From: Octopus vulgaris
Taxonomy: Eukaryota
Assembly (NCBI GenBank): GCA_951406725.2
Contig: OX597824.1
Span: 51,956,001-52,020,000 of the forward strand
Direction: 5' to 3'
Length of the DNA: 64,000 nucleotides
Each line of letters starts with the position of its first letter. The first letter of the stretch is position 1. The notes under the pieces are model-generated. The model made no database searches. It was not told the DNA's origin and was given only the letters and a program-made list of their open reading frames with translations. This document shows, piece by piece, positions 25,203 through 39,097 of the stretch. The position numbers and the translations under genes were made by a program.

Positions 25203-28085
25203 AGTTTCTCTGCATGTTTTGGCGGCGAGGTTGGCCCTCGACCAACACTTCAACGCCAAACACGAAGGGTGTGCTGTCAGAGCTAGGATGCGTGCTCTAA
25301 GGAACGAAGGTGTTGGAGCCGCGAGAGAGGCCCGGGTGGCAGAAGCGCAACAGGGCAACAAAGCCACCATTCGGTCTCGGGTAGATGAACTGGGGCGCGA
25401 ATTGCTCGAGCCAAGTAAAATGTGTGAGGCCTTTCAACAGCATTTTGCCCGACTGTTCGGGACGAGTGGCGGGCAAGAACGTAGGGTGGACTTCAGTGCC
25501 TACCTACTCAGCCTACCACGACTCTCGACAAGAGAGGCAGGGTGCTGCGAAAGTGCCATCACGGCGGCGGAAGTGCAGGACGCGATGGCAGAATGCTCGA
25601 GGGACAAATCACCGGGTTTGGATGGTCTACCCTACGAGCTTTACAATTGTATGCCAGACTTGTTTGGAGATGTCTTGGCAGCGGTGTTCTACAACTGGCA
25701 GCAAAACGGGAGCATTCCTGGTTTTGTGAGCCGAGGAGCCGTAACACTGCTCAAGAAAGATCTAAACAAGGGAAATGTAATAGATAACTTTAGGCCCATC
25801 ACTCTGCTTAATGCAGACTTGAAAATTTTGGCCAAGGTGCTAGCCAAGAGGTTAGCGCTTGTCATCGAGAAACTGGTCGACAAGGCGCAAACATGCGCCG
25901 TTCCGGGCCGGACCATCCATAACAACCTCCACCTGATGCGCTACATCGTAGACAGAGTAGTTAACGAACCTGGCACGGGTGGGGCACTGATCAATTTGGA
26001 TCAATCGAAAGCTTTCGATAGGGTGGACCATCGATACTTGGAGGCAGTCCTCAGAGCGGCTGGCTTCAGTCCCGTCTTCCGCGGCTGGATAGCCGCTTTG
26101 TACAGAGGCATCCGTTCGGTAATTCGCGTAAATGGACATCTGTCGAGACCTTTCGACATCGCACGTTCGGTCCGTCAGGGATGCCCTCTCTCGAGCCATT
26201 ATTGCGGAAGTTGGCAACTTTGAGGAGCATCCCGCGAGAACTGGGATGCGGGACGAGCGTGTCTGCATACGTGGACGACGTCACCGTCATAGTGTCTAGC
26301 AACGAGCACATCGAGCAGGTCGGCGAGACACTTAAAAACTACGAAACGGTGACAGGAGCGAAAATCAACCGGGAAAAGTCAGTGGGCTTGCGACTAGGCA
26401 CCTGGAGAAGCAAGCCCATGCCGTCCACCAGCGCCTCCGTCGTGGGACGCTGGACCGACGGCCCGTTCGAGTTGCTCGGGGTCTGGTTCGGTCCGGACCT
26501 CCAAGTGGAGAAGAACTGGAACGAGATAACGAGTAGGGTGGTCACTCTCGCCTGGCAATGGGCCGAGAGGAAACTGTCCCTAAAAGGTCGGGCGGAGGTG
26601 GCGAACACGTACATCGCGTCCGTCATCTACTACCGCCTGACCGTCGTGTCTTGTCCCGACCCTACCATCACCAAACTAGAACGCATTCTCTTTCGCTTCT
26701 TGTGGAAAGGATGCGTCCCGATGGTCAGACGATCCATTTGCTGTCAACACCCGTTAAAAGGAGGACTGGGAATGCCGTGGTTGATGATGCGCAGACACGC
26801 GCTGAGACTGCGACATCTCAGGCTCTTCGTAGACGACGGTGAACAGGTGTGGTCGCCGTTTGTGAGGCACGCTTTCCCGCAGCTAGTCTCCATGACCGAA
26901 CTGCAGTCGTGGATCAAAAAGAGGCCGAGGAAGGGCGTATGGCACCGCGAGTGTCGCGTTGCTCTCAAGCAACTCTGCCGTCCTGGGTCAACCTTGAGTG
27001 ACTCCATCACAACCAAAGCATTCTATAGGGGATTAGTGGAGGGGAGGTACGACGACGAGCTAGAGCCGAACCTGGACGTCGACGAGGAATACCTAATCCG
27101 CCTGTTCGGGACGACTTTCGGGCCAGGGCCCATGGACAACTTCCAGAGGTCCCTGGCCTGGCAGTGCTACCGAGAAGCGCTACCCGTTCGGGATAAGCTC
27201 TACAGACACGGTTCGAGAAACACGGGGCCGACCCGCCCGAGATGCGGTCAGAGCGACGAAACCGTTCTGCACGCACTCGTGCAGTGTCCAACAATTTCCG
27301 ATTTGTGGGCGTATGTCGAACAACTGCTGTCACGTGTGGGACGAGTCGGTTTATCAGCTGAGTCTATCGTCAATATTGTCACGCCTCCTTCTTCCAAACG
27401 GGAAGGAAGAGCTATTTTCATCATCCTTGTGGCTATGGCGAAAGAATGTATCTGGTGGACGCGTCTGAAAGGATTGGAGACAAACACTTTCCTCTCTGGT
27501 CAACCTCTCATCAACGTCTTCAAGTACCACTTGAAAAGGAAAGTGAGAGTAGAGAGGCAAGTTTTGTCTAGCGAACGTTTTAAAAAAAGATGGGTGATTG
27601 TAGCAAGGATGGCACCTTGAGCATAATCCTATGAACCCAGAAATTGAAAACAGAAGGTTACCCACTTGCAAACAAATGTGGTAACATATAACAATATTGA
27701 CCAAGGTTACCGTGGTCTTTTTCGTAGGCTTTTCTTCCCACGGATAAACCTTACTTGCTTTCCCCTTTACACCATACATCATAACAGTGATACATGATCC
27801 CTATTGATCGTTATTTTTCCTCGTCCCCTTTTTTTCCCTTTTTTCTTCTTTTTTTTCATTTCTCTTTTCTTTTGTTCCTTTTCCTTTTTTTCTTTTTTTC
27901 TTTTTTTTCTTTTCTTTTTTGTTCTTTATTTCCCTTTTACGATCCCTTTTGATCGAAAACCTACGCCACCTTTTTTTTGTTTTTTTGTTTTTTTGTTTTT
28001 TGTTTTTTTCATCCCTCCAAAGAAAAGCTCTACCTTGTAACTTGTCCCATCAGTGTGTGCAGCCCTGTGTGGCCAATAAAGAAAC

Positions 28086-28086
<1 letters not shown>
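25203..28086 (+). mobile_element. Young Tx1-clade LINE, 5'-truncated (copy B), inserted in (TCTA)n/(TCTG)n
   Basis: ORF 25219-26223 (KSPGLDGLPYE, NFRPITLLNADLKILAK, LDQSKAFDRV, RQGCPLS) and ORF 26181-27620 (AYVDD, zf-RVT), separated by one frameshift; T-rich 3' UTR; AATAAA at 28075-28080; TCTA arrays on both sides. Confidence 0.96.
25219..27620 (+). pseudogene. Tx1 ORF2 (RT plus zf-RVT), lacking APE, with one frameshift or short deletion near 26190
   Basis: Two long stop-free ORFs that overlap at RT motif QGCPLS/PSLEPLL. Confidence 0.92.
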
Positions 28087-28129
<43 letters not shown>

Positions 28130-28130
28130 A

Positions 28131-28188
<58 letters not shown>

Positions 28189-28190
28189 CC

Positions 28191-28251
<61 letters not shown>

Positions 28252-28263
28252 GTATCTACCTAC

Positions 28264-28352
<89 letters not shown>
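28087..28352. repeat. (TCTA)n microsatellite
   Basis: Long array directly after the Tx1 3' end. Confidence 0.97.
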
Positions 28353-28442
28353 AGTCAGTCTGTCCGTCTGTTTTGTCACACATGCGCGCACACATACATA
28401 CGTACACACACATATATACATGCGCACACATATATGTATATA

Positions 28443-28642
28443 TTCTTTTACTTGTTCCAGTCATTTGACTACGGCCATGCTGGAGTACCACCTTTTAGTC
28501 GGCGCAAATCGACCCCAGGACTTATTCTTTGTAAGCCTAGTACTTATTCTATCGGTCTGTCTTGCCGAACCGCTAAGTGGCGGGGACGTAAATACACCAG
28601 TATCAGTTGTCAAGCGATGTTGGTGGGACAAACAGAGACACA

Positions 28643-28735
<93 letters not shown>

Positions 28736-28847
28736 GACGGGCTTCTTTTCAGTTTCCGTCTCACAAGGATTTGGTTGGCCCGATGCTACAGTAGAAGATA
28801 CTTGCCCAAGGTGCCACGCAGTGGAACTGAACCCAGAACCACGTGGT
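28443..28847 (-). mobile_element. SINE family C with expanded internal (CA)n(TA)n
   Basis: Both halves match 54450-54940. Confidence 0.9.
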
Positions 28848-29419
28848 TTTATATATATATATATACACATACATGTATGTATGTATGTATGTATGTATGT
28901 ATGTATGTATGTATGTATGTATGTATGTATGTGCGTAAGCGCGTGATATTCGAACCCAACATCTCCAGAAGACATGACAGCGTTCCATTACTGGACCATA
29001 ACAATCCTTCGAATTTCTCTCTCCATTTTAGAAACTTTATTTGCACTAGCAGGTATTGTACTTTGATGACGTAATAATTTTACAAACTTTCGAGAAAACG
29101 TGAGATAATTCTTTTTTGAAACAGTGGATCTCAAAGCACATAAACCCATAAATAAAAGCAGTGAAATATTGGGTTGAAAAAATCTTTTAGGATAGAGGAA
29201 TTTGAAGGGTGCCTTTAGGTCTCGAGCCCACATCTCCTGCAGATATGAGAGATCTACCATTGAAGCAAAGCAACCCTTCACGTCTACAACTCGGATCGAT
29301 GTAACTGACTAACCCCAACTCCTCAAAATTATTGGCCTTTTACAAAACTTATATTCATGAATGGAATGCCTATCCCCCGGAATCTGTTTGAACTGGTCCT
29401 ATTAGCAGGCAAAGTCAAC

Positions 29420-30150
29420 AGAGACAGAAGTGTCACCCTCCAGTCAGTTACTTGATTTGAAATACCTTACAATCTGACAGATGGGGTAGTTGTTGCTTAG
29501 AGTAGATGTGCGGGGGATGGTCACGTTAAAGCAGTTGTTGGATGACTTGATAAGTACAGTGACGAATATGGCTTTGTACAGATTGGTTTTAGAGGTGAGA
29601 AAGACTAAGGCTGTTTTAAGTGTCTGTCTGTTGGCCGGAGAGGGGTTTCTGGAAAGAAAGTAATTGATGTAAAGAGATGAGAATTGAAAATAATCCGGTT
29701 TCTGAACCGGAGTCTTCTTCTATATGGGATGGTTGTGAAAATAGTTGTGAACACTGAATTCCCCGAGGATGATCACTTCGGAGAAAGGTGAAATGCAATG
29801 GATGTCATTGAAATAGGATTAGATATAGTCGTAGGTGGTTCGGGGAGCTTAGGAGTGCGGTAAAGAAAGCAGATCTACTTGGAGTTGTGTAGTGGAAGAG
29901 TTTATGATAGTATAACCGGAAGTTATGCTGCTGATATCTGAGAGAGGTGTATGAGAAGAGCGAAGTCTGGGGAGGAAATGATGTAGAGTGTAGACTGAGC
30001 AGGAGAGATAGAACGTGAGAGATTTATGTTTGAGGAGAAATAGAAAGAGTGACTTATGTGTTAGTAAGAGGTGTAGTGGCTTGGTAGGATCGAACTCTGC
30101 AGAGGTTAGAGTTTGGTAGAAAGAACTGTTCATCGGATTTTGTTTTAGGC
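29420..30150 (-). mobile_element. Decayed CR1/L2-group LINE, APE endonuclease region
   Basis: Minus strand SEVIILGEFSVHN resembles the APE motif IILGDFNVH; pyrimidine-rich decayed ORF. Confidence 0.55.
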
Positions 30151-31261
30151 GTTGGCATCTAGGAAGTCTTGAAACCACGGTATCACGATGTTGAGAGCCT
30201 GTTCTAAGTGTTTGCATTAGGGTAGCACTTTGTTAGAGGCTGCATGATTCAGATTATGGTGTTAAATCTGGCGCTCTGGTGTGCCTATCCCAGCAAAAGG
30301 AAGATCTGCACTACATAAAATAGAGCTACATTCTATAGATAGTGCCCCAGAGTCTATCAACATGCATGCACTCAAATATATACTTTGGTTATCGATATCG
30401 CAATCCGCACTAAATGAAAATGATTTTTTTGTTTTCACCTCGACATATTGCATTAAACTCAGTATTCGTATCGTGTGACTCAAGACACGTAGAACATGAG
30501 ATATGAATCCTCAGTTAGAATTTCTGAGTATACGAATTTTCTTTTCCTCTTTGTTTTTTCGTTTGGGTTTAGATATACAGAATGAAAGAGCATCAAAATG
30601 CAAACTACGAACGTTAAGTTATCAATATCTCTCAAAAATACAATATCAATGAATTCTCAAAGCAATAACAAACAAGGAATTCAATAACAGAAGGGGGTCT
30701 GATGTCATGTATTTGAGCAACAATGATGTATAAAGACAAATTGTTGGCGTCATAAAATTAACTCCAGGTTGAGGATAGGCATTGTAAACTATATTGAAAG
30801 GTATCTTTTAAATTGCACCAATAGTTAAATGAATACCGATATACACAAATATAATTACATGAAATATGGCTACCCTTTTACACACGTATGACAAGCCCCC
30901 CCATCCCTGCCTACTTGACTTCCATCAGGGCCCCAAAGCATAAACTTAGGAAGAGGGCCAATAGGGAGTGCACTTGCACCTCTTAGAATTTTTTCTTTGG
31001 GGTTGGGATGGGGATGGGTCAATGAAAACACTTTGAATATCCACTTTGAATATCCTCCTGGAAAACGTAATTGCCAAAACAAGCGAGCTTAGAATGGACT
31101 AAACAGAATAGGAAAAGACATGAGGGATGAAGAGTCGCTGAAGAGGTTACATGATATGCGATGAAAAATTTCCCCACAAAGGATATAAAATAAGAAGAAT
31201 CTTAAATGTAGAACGAAACGACTATCACGAAATATAAAAACAAATATATACACTTATATAC

Positions 31262-31357
31262 ATGAGGAGAACCCCTTCGGTCATGAATGACCATGGGATT
31301 GCATCTAGAAAGTTACCCTCCCAGGCACAAGTCCGAGCAAGGTTGTTTGTGGAAGGC
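31262..31357. mobile_element. Short interspersed repeat fragment, RTE-like
   Basis: ggagaaccccttcggtcatgaatgaccatgggattgc...ggcacaagtccgagcaagg resembles non-coding termini of RTE-clade elements; recalled similarity, not searched. Confidence 0.35.
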
Positions 31358-31380
31358 TTATGTACATATAAATATACATA

Positions 31381-31668
31381 TCACCGTGACCGACCAGGCT
31401 ATCAGATATTGCTACACATCGCTGGTCACAATGCGCTTCGCATTGTTTTAGCCTTTAAATGACGCCACCCTACTGGCTAAGCGAGCAGGCCAACAGAAGA
31501 AAGAGTGAGAGAAAGTTGTGGCGAAAGTGTATAGCAGGGATCGCCGGAGTCTCGTGGAGCTTTAGGTGTTTTCGCTCAATAAACACTCACAACGGTCTGG
31601 GAATCGAAACCGCGATCCTACGACCGCGAGTCCGCTGCTCTAACCACTGGGCCATTGCGCCTCCACAC
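31381..31668 (-). mobile_element. SINE family A, full length (head plus tail 1)
   Basis: Reverse complement of 52158-52462. Confidence 0.92.
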
Positions 31669-31671
31669 ATA

Positions 31672-31714
<43 letters not shown>

Positions 31715-31752
31715 TAGATAGATAGATAGATAGATATATATATATACACACA

Positions 31753-31843
<91 letters not shown>

Positions 31844-32339
31844 GATGTGCTTTTGTGTGTAGTTTGAGTGTAGTATTTGACTTTTTCAGAGAGCAACGTA
31901 GAACACAAACTGAAAAAAGCCCCTTTACGTTGAATAAAGGAGTAAATGATATACTTCAGTAAAAAAGGTCGAAAGCTACAAATATATATTAGTAGCATTC
32001 GACCTTTTAGTAAATTATATATGTACATACACATTTGTAGATACACACAGACACACGTATATACACATATATACACACAATCACGTATATACACATATAC
32101 AAAAACATATGCATACATGAATTTGTATTATGTGCCTCTGTGTACACATGTGTAAATACATTTAAGTGACGATGGGATATGCACGCGCACACACACACAC
32201 ACACACACACATACATATACATAAACACATACCTTCTTATATAATAAATCCATCGAACAACATCATGTGATCGGTAGCTATTTTACGCTGGATGTACTTC
32301 ACAACAAATCACACACAAACATGCAATACACACGTGCAC

Positions 32340-32388
<49 letters not shown>

Positions 32389-32954
32389 CATCACACCACA
32401 CACACACCAAGTCTCAGCTCTACATGCACTTATACGTACATACATATATACACAATTTCGTCCCTCATACACAAATGCACACATAGAAGCACATTCAGCA
32501 TCTCAGATCCATGTACAATTATACACGCATACATACACACATTTTCGCCCCTCATACATAACCACACATACACGCTCACACACACACACACACACACATA
32601 CACACACACACACACACTCACGTTTATACGCATATTACACTGACGTTTTTCGTTGCCTATCTGTGGCACACGTGTGTTCTGTCCCAGATGCACTTCACAA
32701 CATGATAAATCCTCTCGGTGAGGGTATAACCTTGTATCCCTGTCCCTCACACACTCTCACCTTATCACCAGAGAATTTATTTATCTTACATTCTGGTGAG
32801 CCACCACTGATTTCATGTGCGCAAAGAAGGAATAAGAACAACGGCTCACATAGTATAATGTTGATCATTGTATAAATATACGAAACTAAAGAACCAAAAT
32901 AATAGAAATAATATATATTAAAATAAGTAAAACAAACAAGTGATGTTATAGACA

Positions 32955-32994
<40 letters not shown>

Positions 32995-32999
32995 AATCC

Positions 33000-33208
33000 T
33001 TTCTACTAAGAACACAAGGCCTGAAAGTTGGTGGTGCGGGAACTAGACGATTACATCGACCCCAGTGTTCAACTGGTACTTAATTTTTCGACCCCGGAAA
33101 GATGAAAGGCAAAGTCGACCTCAGCAGAATTTGAACTCGTAGCGGCAGACGAAAAGTCGCTAAGCATTTCGTCCGGGGTACTAACGATTGTATCAGCTCG
33201 GTGCCTTA
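33000..33208 (-). mobile_element. SINE family B
   Basis: ttacatcgaccccagt...gaaaggcaaagtcgacctc...ctaacgatt. Confidence 0.85.
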
Positions 33209-33239
33209 AATGATGATGATGATAATAATAACAATAATT

Positions 33240-33299
<60 letters not shown>

Positions 33300-33305
<6 letters not shown>

Positions 33306-33725
33306 GCCCTGATGCAGTACCAGGCAGTGGCTCTCATGGCTTCTGATCGTAACTGATTGGAAGTGTTATCATGCACATGTTTTGTCTTGGTATAAAAGGT
33401 GCGCTACAGCAAATATTCTGCTCAATACCACAGATAAGCTTGTTAGTTGTTTGACCATGACCAATTGAGCATGTCCCTTAGTGACTGACGATATATGCAT
33501 CTCTGATCACAAGTAGAAGCAGTGAGGGGGCCTCATAGCCATGTTGAGAGGAATTCTTTGGGATTTGGGTAATTCACCTTTGGAAACATGTGTGTATCGT
33601 TTAACATCCTTAAACAACCCTTATTCAGGGACCTTTTGAGCAGGATGGGCTACTCGACCTGAAGAAAATTCTAACTGAGCCCCACCTGCAAGGTCAACCG
33701 CTGTTTGTCTTGATATAAGATCACT
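33300..33725 (-). mobile_element. Probable non-LTR retroelement 3' UTR ending in (TTA)n, possibly Dong-type
   Basis: Minus strand ends gtactgcatcagggcattta and runs directly into (TTA)n; no coding part present; Dong elements are known to target TAA repeats. Confidence 0.45.
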
Positions 33726-34185
33726 ATAAATCTGTAAGGTATATTAGATAATTTAGTCTTTGTATTTAGCATGCCTTGAATCCACTAGGATGGTTACGAC
33801 CGAGAAGCCTTTAATATCATCAATAGTAACAATGATAAACTAAGGTAAGGCAAGACATATAGAATTGACAAAACCAAGCAAGGTCGGTGACATGTGATCT
33901 AATGGTCTCGGCGCAGGACGTAGCATGGATTTATTACCCTGCTAGTGATAGAAACAACAACTGCAGTAAAGTCTGTGAAAATAGAACATCCACATTTAAT
34001 TGGGAATAAATAAAGTTATAATTGGGTAAAAAATTAATTTTTTAAGCCAAAATAGGTGTAGTGAGAAGCAATAGGAAAGAAAATGGCAAGTGAAGCCTTT
34101 GATTTCATATAAGAAATCTCACTTAAACTTCGTAATTCCTTCATATGATTTTTCGAACAGGCACCAACGAAGAACTCTCTATGTG

Positions 34186-34360
34186 ATTGCTCAAACTGCA
34201 AGAGATAACAACCTTATCTCCCTCAAAACTACACGCTACCATAATAAAACATGAATATACAGTGGATAATGTAGTCTCAGATAGATAAAATGATGGATTA
34301 ACAATGATAGGATGGCTTCATCATAGGTTTTCTCAAACAGTTGCTGTTTCTAAGGCTCGA
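34186..34360 (+). repeat. Old interspersed repeat, family D (also near 23090-23200, 39360-39490, 59260-59430)
   Basis: Recurrent motif tgctc...agaaatagcagc...aaatctccctcaaa...ggataatgtagtc, seen in both orientations. Confidence 0.55.
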
Positions 34361-34449
34361 CAAGAGACAATGTACAGGACTTTATGTGATAAGTCGACCA
34401 GCATGAAATAACAACCAAATCATACTATGACCTTAAAATTATGCATATT

Positions 34450-35270
34450 AAAAACTCCATGGTATTTGTGCGAGCTGGGAAGTATTACTTGATTAAGGAT
34501 AAAAAGTTGGTGATATATGTAAACACATCTAGGTCATACGGAGGATTTAACCATGTTTTTCACTTCGGATTGAATGTGGAATGATCTTTTATGTTCGTTA
34601 ACAATGCTAAGGCGTCTAATGTTGAAGTAGAATGCAGCTTTGTCAAAAATATAAAAGTATGTGAACAGACTAAAGATCCTTTTATGTTCCGATTATTAAG
34701 AAAGGGTGGTTTGAACTATTATGAATATATTTGATCTTCTCATTATGCTTTCTATAAGGGAAGTAATTTCCTGTCTTGAAGTCTCAAGCAATCCCCGGAA
34801 ATTGACTGTGATTAAATTGGTGACAATAATTATACTAACATCACACTCAGTAAATATTTCTATTATTAAATCGTTTGTAAATCTGTCATTGGCGTGGCTA
34901 TTTTTTCCTTGAGATTTCCAAGCTATCGAATCAAACAATAAATAAATAAATTGAGCTGCAGGAGTTGTGCACTTCTTAATATGTCTAACGTACCTTGCTA
35001 TCGAAACACCGAACAGTACTATAATATAAACATTCACTGAATAGAAATGTTATAATTTCTAAATCTCTCTAAAGGTGAGACACAGGGATTGTTAACCCAT
35101 TCAAAAGGATTTTAATAGGTTAAGAGAACCCGCATAATAAGACATTTCCCAGACAGTTTTTCTTCTGAAGATGGGATTTTGCGCCTTAAATATAAAAGGC
35201 TTTATAAAACTTAACGCATTGTCAGAATATTTATATTTTCTCATTTTTACCTTCTTGGATATTACAATGC
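34450..35270 (-). mobile_element. Decayed Penelope-like element, RT and linker region
   Basis: Minus strand KTGNYFPYRKHNEKIKYIHNSSNHP (PLE YRKPN...SNHP motif) and WLNPPY (WFNPPY). Confidence 0.85.
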
Positions 35271-35544
35271 CTTGAGCGAACTACAAGGCTCTGGTATATA
35301 TGCGTGTGTGGTGTGATGTGGTGTGGTGTGTATGTGTGCGTGTGTGTGTTAAATAATATAATGATTTAAAATACATATATATATGTATATAGGCTTGACT
35401 GTGTGGTCGCTTTGCAGTGACGCAGTTTCGGGTTCTGCCCCACTGAGCAGCACCTTGGGCCGCTCAATGTTTTCGAATGAATTTGGTACTCCGAAACGGT
35501 GTAGAAGCCAGACATACATTCACCTATATGTGTCTGTGTGCGTA

Positions 35545-35631
<87 letters not shown>

Positions 35632-35747
35632 CTATTTATCTATCTATCTACCTACCTACCTACCTACCTACCTACCTACCTACCTACCTACCTACCTACC
35701 TACCTACCTACCTACCTACCTACCTACCTACCTACCTACCTACCTAT
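35545..35747. repeat. Compound (TCTA)n(CCTA)n microsatellite
   Basis: Read directly. Confidence 0.97.
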
Positions 35748-35830
35748 AGGTATTTATACATATGCATGCATACATACACACGCGTGCGCGTGCACATACT
35801 GAGATATATGCATAAGTATATATCAGGGTA

Positions 35831-36935
35831 TATCAGGATGCTGCAAAGGTAATGGCCGGTTTTTTAGAAAACAGTTTTAGATAGCGTGGAAGGTGTTAAG
35901 ATAGTATTTTTTTAAATTGTACGTCTTGCAAAGTTTGAAGAATGTCACAATTAGTAATTTATACATTTTTCTTCCAGATTCTGATTGCATTGGCCATACT
36001 CTGCTGCTATATTCGCACCCATGCTCATCCCATCTGAAGATCACATTAGACATGTCTTACTCTATGAGTTTCATAAAGGTGTTAATGCAAGAATAGCAGC
36101 AAAGTCACTTCAGAGAGTTTATGGGGATGATGTAGTGAGTGAAAGAAGTTGTAGGAAATGGCTTTCTCGCTTCAGATGTGAAGATTTGAGTTTAAAAGAC
36201 GAGCCAAAAGAAGGTCGTTCAAAACAGCTTGATTCCGAAGAGTTGGAAGTTGTTGTCACAGAAAATCCAACCGCTACTTGTAGATAACTTGCAGAACAGT
36301 TTAACGTAACCCATACAGCAGTTCTACACTAACTGAAAAGAATCGGAACGGTTTCAGTGGTTGGAAAATGGGTCCCGCACAAACTCTCTCCAGAGAATCT
36401 GCAACAACGTGTTGTTTGTTGACAGTCATTGCTTTCACGACACCTTAAGGAACCATTTTTAGAAAGGCTTGATACAGGTAATGAGAAGTGGATCCTTTAC
36501 AATAATGTTAAGCGCTGCCGATAGTGGATCAACGGAGGAAAACCCTTTCAACAACAAGAGAGGAATTCATCCAAAGAAGATCATGTTCAGAATATGGTAG
36601 GATATTGAAGGAATTGTCCATTACAAACTGTTAAACAACAATCAAACAATTACTGCTAATCTCTACCGTGATCAACTTCGTTTGAAAGCTACTTTGAATA
36701 GAAAGCGACCCAGCTTGGTCAACAGAAATGGTGCCATCATCTACCATGACAATGCTCGTCCTCACACAGCCTGACTGACCAAAGATTTCTTGGAAGAGCT
36801 AAGTTGGGAAATATTGCTTCATCCTTCATATTTTCCAGGCCTTGCTCCTTCTGATTATCATTTGTTTCAGGGACTAGGAACCATTTGAAGGGTCTTAGGC
36901 TGACATCAAGAGAAGAGGTTGAAAATGAATTGAAA
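35831..36935 (+). mobile_element. Mariner (DD34D) element, decayed, 3'-truncated
   Basis: MLIPSEDHIRHVLLYEFHKG...; GKWVPHKL; TGNEKWILY; YHDNARPH; HPSYFPGLAPSDYHLF; several stops. Confidence 0.93.
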
Positions 36936-37308
36936 ATGAATTTATGCATGTCAGTGTGTCGCACATTGACCCCATCTCTCACTATTCACTGACACTTCTA
37001 CCATTCCTCATGATTGAGTGAGAGTAATAGTATGTATAGAGACGATGAGGACGGTAGTAAATTGATGGTTGTGATGATAATGGGGAGGTAGTAATAGTAT
37101 GAGCTGTAGTTGTGATGGTGATGGTGGTGGTGGTGATGGTAGTTGTGGAGGCAGTCAGGGAGGACGGTCATAGTAAGCGATGTGAAAGACATTGGTGATG
37201 GTGGTGGAGGGGAAGGCAGCGAAGTCAAAGGTATTGATGGTGGTGGTTTCAGAAGTTTGAATGGTGTGTGTATGGTAGTTGTGGTGGCGATGGTTGAAAA
37301 CAATCAAC

Positions 37309-37311
<3 letters not shown>

Positions 37312-37381
<70 letters not shown>
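37312..37381. repeat. (GA)n microsatellite
   Basis: Read directly. Confidence 0.97.
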
Positions 37382-37385
<4 letters not shown>

Positions 37386-37722
37386 AAGAGGTTAGACAGA
37401 TCTGACCCCTGAATGAGAAGACAAAAAATGTTGCTTATCATGTAGCTTTGCAATAAGTTCTAAGTCGACAAAATATATCATTGTTTTGATGAAAATTGTT
37501 CATTGCTTGAAAAATATTGGTCAAGTTTAATAAAATTTGATGTGTACTCAATGCATGACATATCATTGTTGGGACCAAGGCCCAATTAAGAGCCCTCCAC
37601 AGGACTATCTTAAAAGCCGCCTGAGGTAAAAAAAAAAAAAGAATTAATGAGTGCGTGCGTTACATAAATAATATTTTCAGGATGAAATAAAAAGACAACA
37701 AACAGAAAATATAACATACCTG

Positions 37723-37765
<43 letters not shown>

Positions 37766-37786
37766 AGATATATATATATATATACA

Positions 37787-38010
37787 TACTCTTTTACTTG
37801 TTTCAGTCATTTGACAGTGGCCATGCTGGAGCACCGCCTTTAGTCGAGCATATCGACCCCAGGAATTATTCTTTGTAAGCCTAGTACTTATTCTATCCGT
37901 TTCTTTTACAGAACCGCTAAATTACGAGGACATAAGCAGCATCGGTTGTCAAGCGATGTTGGAGGGACAAACACAGACACGGAAACATATACATACACAC
38001 ACACACACAC

Positions 38011-38072
<62 letters not shown>

Positions 38073-38326
38073 CACCGTGATCACCGTGATCGACCAGGCT
38101 ATCAGATGTTGCTACACATCGCTGGTCACAATGCGCTTCGCATTGTTTTAGCCTTGAAGTGACGCCACCCCGCTGGCTAAGCGAGTTGGCCAATATATAC
38201 TCATGGCTTTGGTCGGCCCGAGGCTATAATAGAAGACACTTGCTCAACGTGCCACGCAATGGGACTGAACCCGGAACCATGTGGCTGGTAAGCAACCTTC
38301 TTACCACATAGCCACTCCTACGCCTA
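37787..38326 (-). mobile_element. SINE family C with a family A tail nested in its internal (TA)n
   Basis: C tail at 37787-37980, A tail 1 at 38072-38192, C head at about 38200-38326. Confidence 0.9.
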
Positions 38327-38599
38327 CATAAAATTCAGAAAATGCGTAGTAAATAAACATACGAACATATACTAAATACACACACGGACGGAATATATAT
38401 ATATGGCAAAATTACGTATATTTATACTTGTATGAGTGTTTGTGTGTGAATAAAAATGGTAGTTTCTCGAATCCAAGAAAGCCAGTTCTGCAATTTCTTG
38501 CTGCTCGACCTGCGCAGATGATTTCTTTATAGTGATCAGATGTTTGTGCTGCACGTAAGCCCACTCACCTCCATCAAATCGATATTGTTTGTACGGTGT

Positions 38600-38720
38600 A
38601 CCTTACCTCAGATGATGAAGTGTTTTGCTCAAGTGCACAACACACCTCCCGGCCGAGGAATCGAAGCCACGATCTGGGGATTGTAAGTGTAACGCCCTAA
38701 GCACTAGGCTACACACCCTT
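38600..38720 (-). mobile_element. tRNA/CORE-like SINE head
   Basis: Minus strand tagcctagtgcttaggg...ggcttcgattcc...cacttgagcaaaacactt. Confidence 0.65.
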
Positions 38721-39018
38721 TGTGTGTGTGAGGGGGATTACCCTCGTGTGCTCACACACCCCGATATGACGGAAGTCGCATCTTATCATCAGGGTCAGTA
38801 AGATGAAATGGCTGTTATTAGCAAAAATAATAGATCCCTAATCTCTGAGTCGGTTAATGTTATCGAAATGGTTTCGCTCGAAAATGATCATAGCATGTGT
38901 ATATCAACTTTTTCCTCATCTCTGTCTCCCTCACTCTCTCACTTTCTTTCTTCTCTCTGCCTCTTTTTCTCTTTGAGTGTCTTTCGTATAAGTATTTCTA
39001 AGTATTTCTATCTATCTG

Positions 39019-39097
<79 letters not shown>

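Noticed and set aside
25385-27782. Alternative-frame and antisense ORFs over the Tx1 element
   Set aside because: By-products of GC-rich coding sequence, with no independent motifs
34696-35037. Hydrophobic 113-aa ORF that looks like a membrane-protein exon
   Set aside because: An overlapping frame carries Penelope RT motifs (YRKHN...SSNHP); it is a decayed PLE
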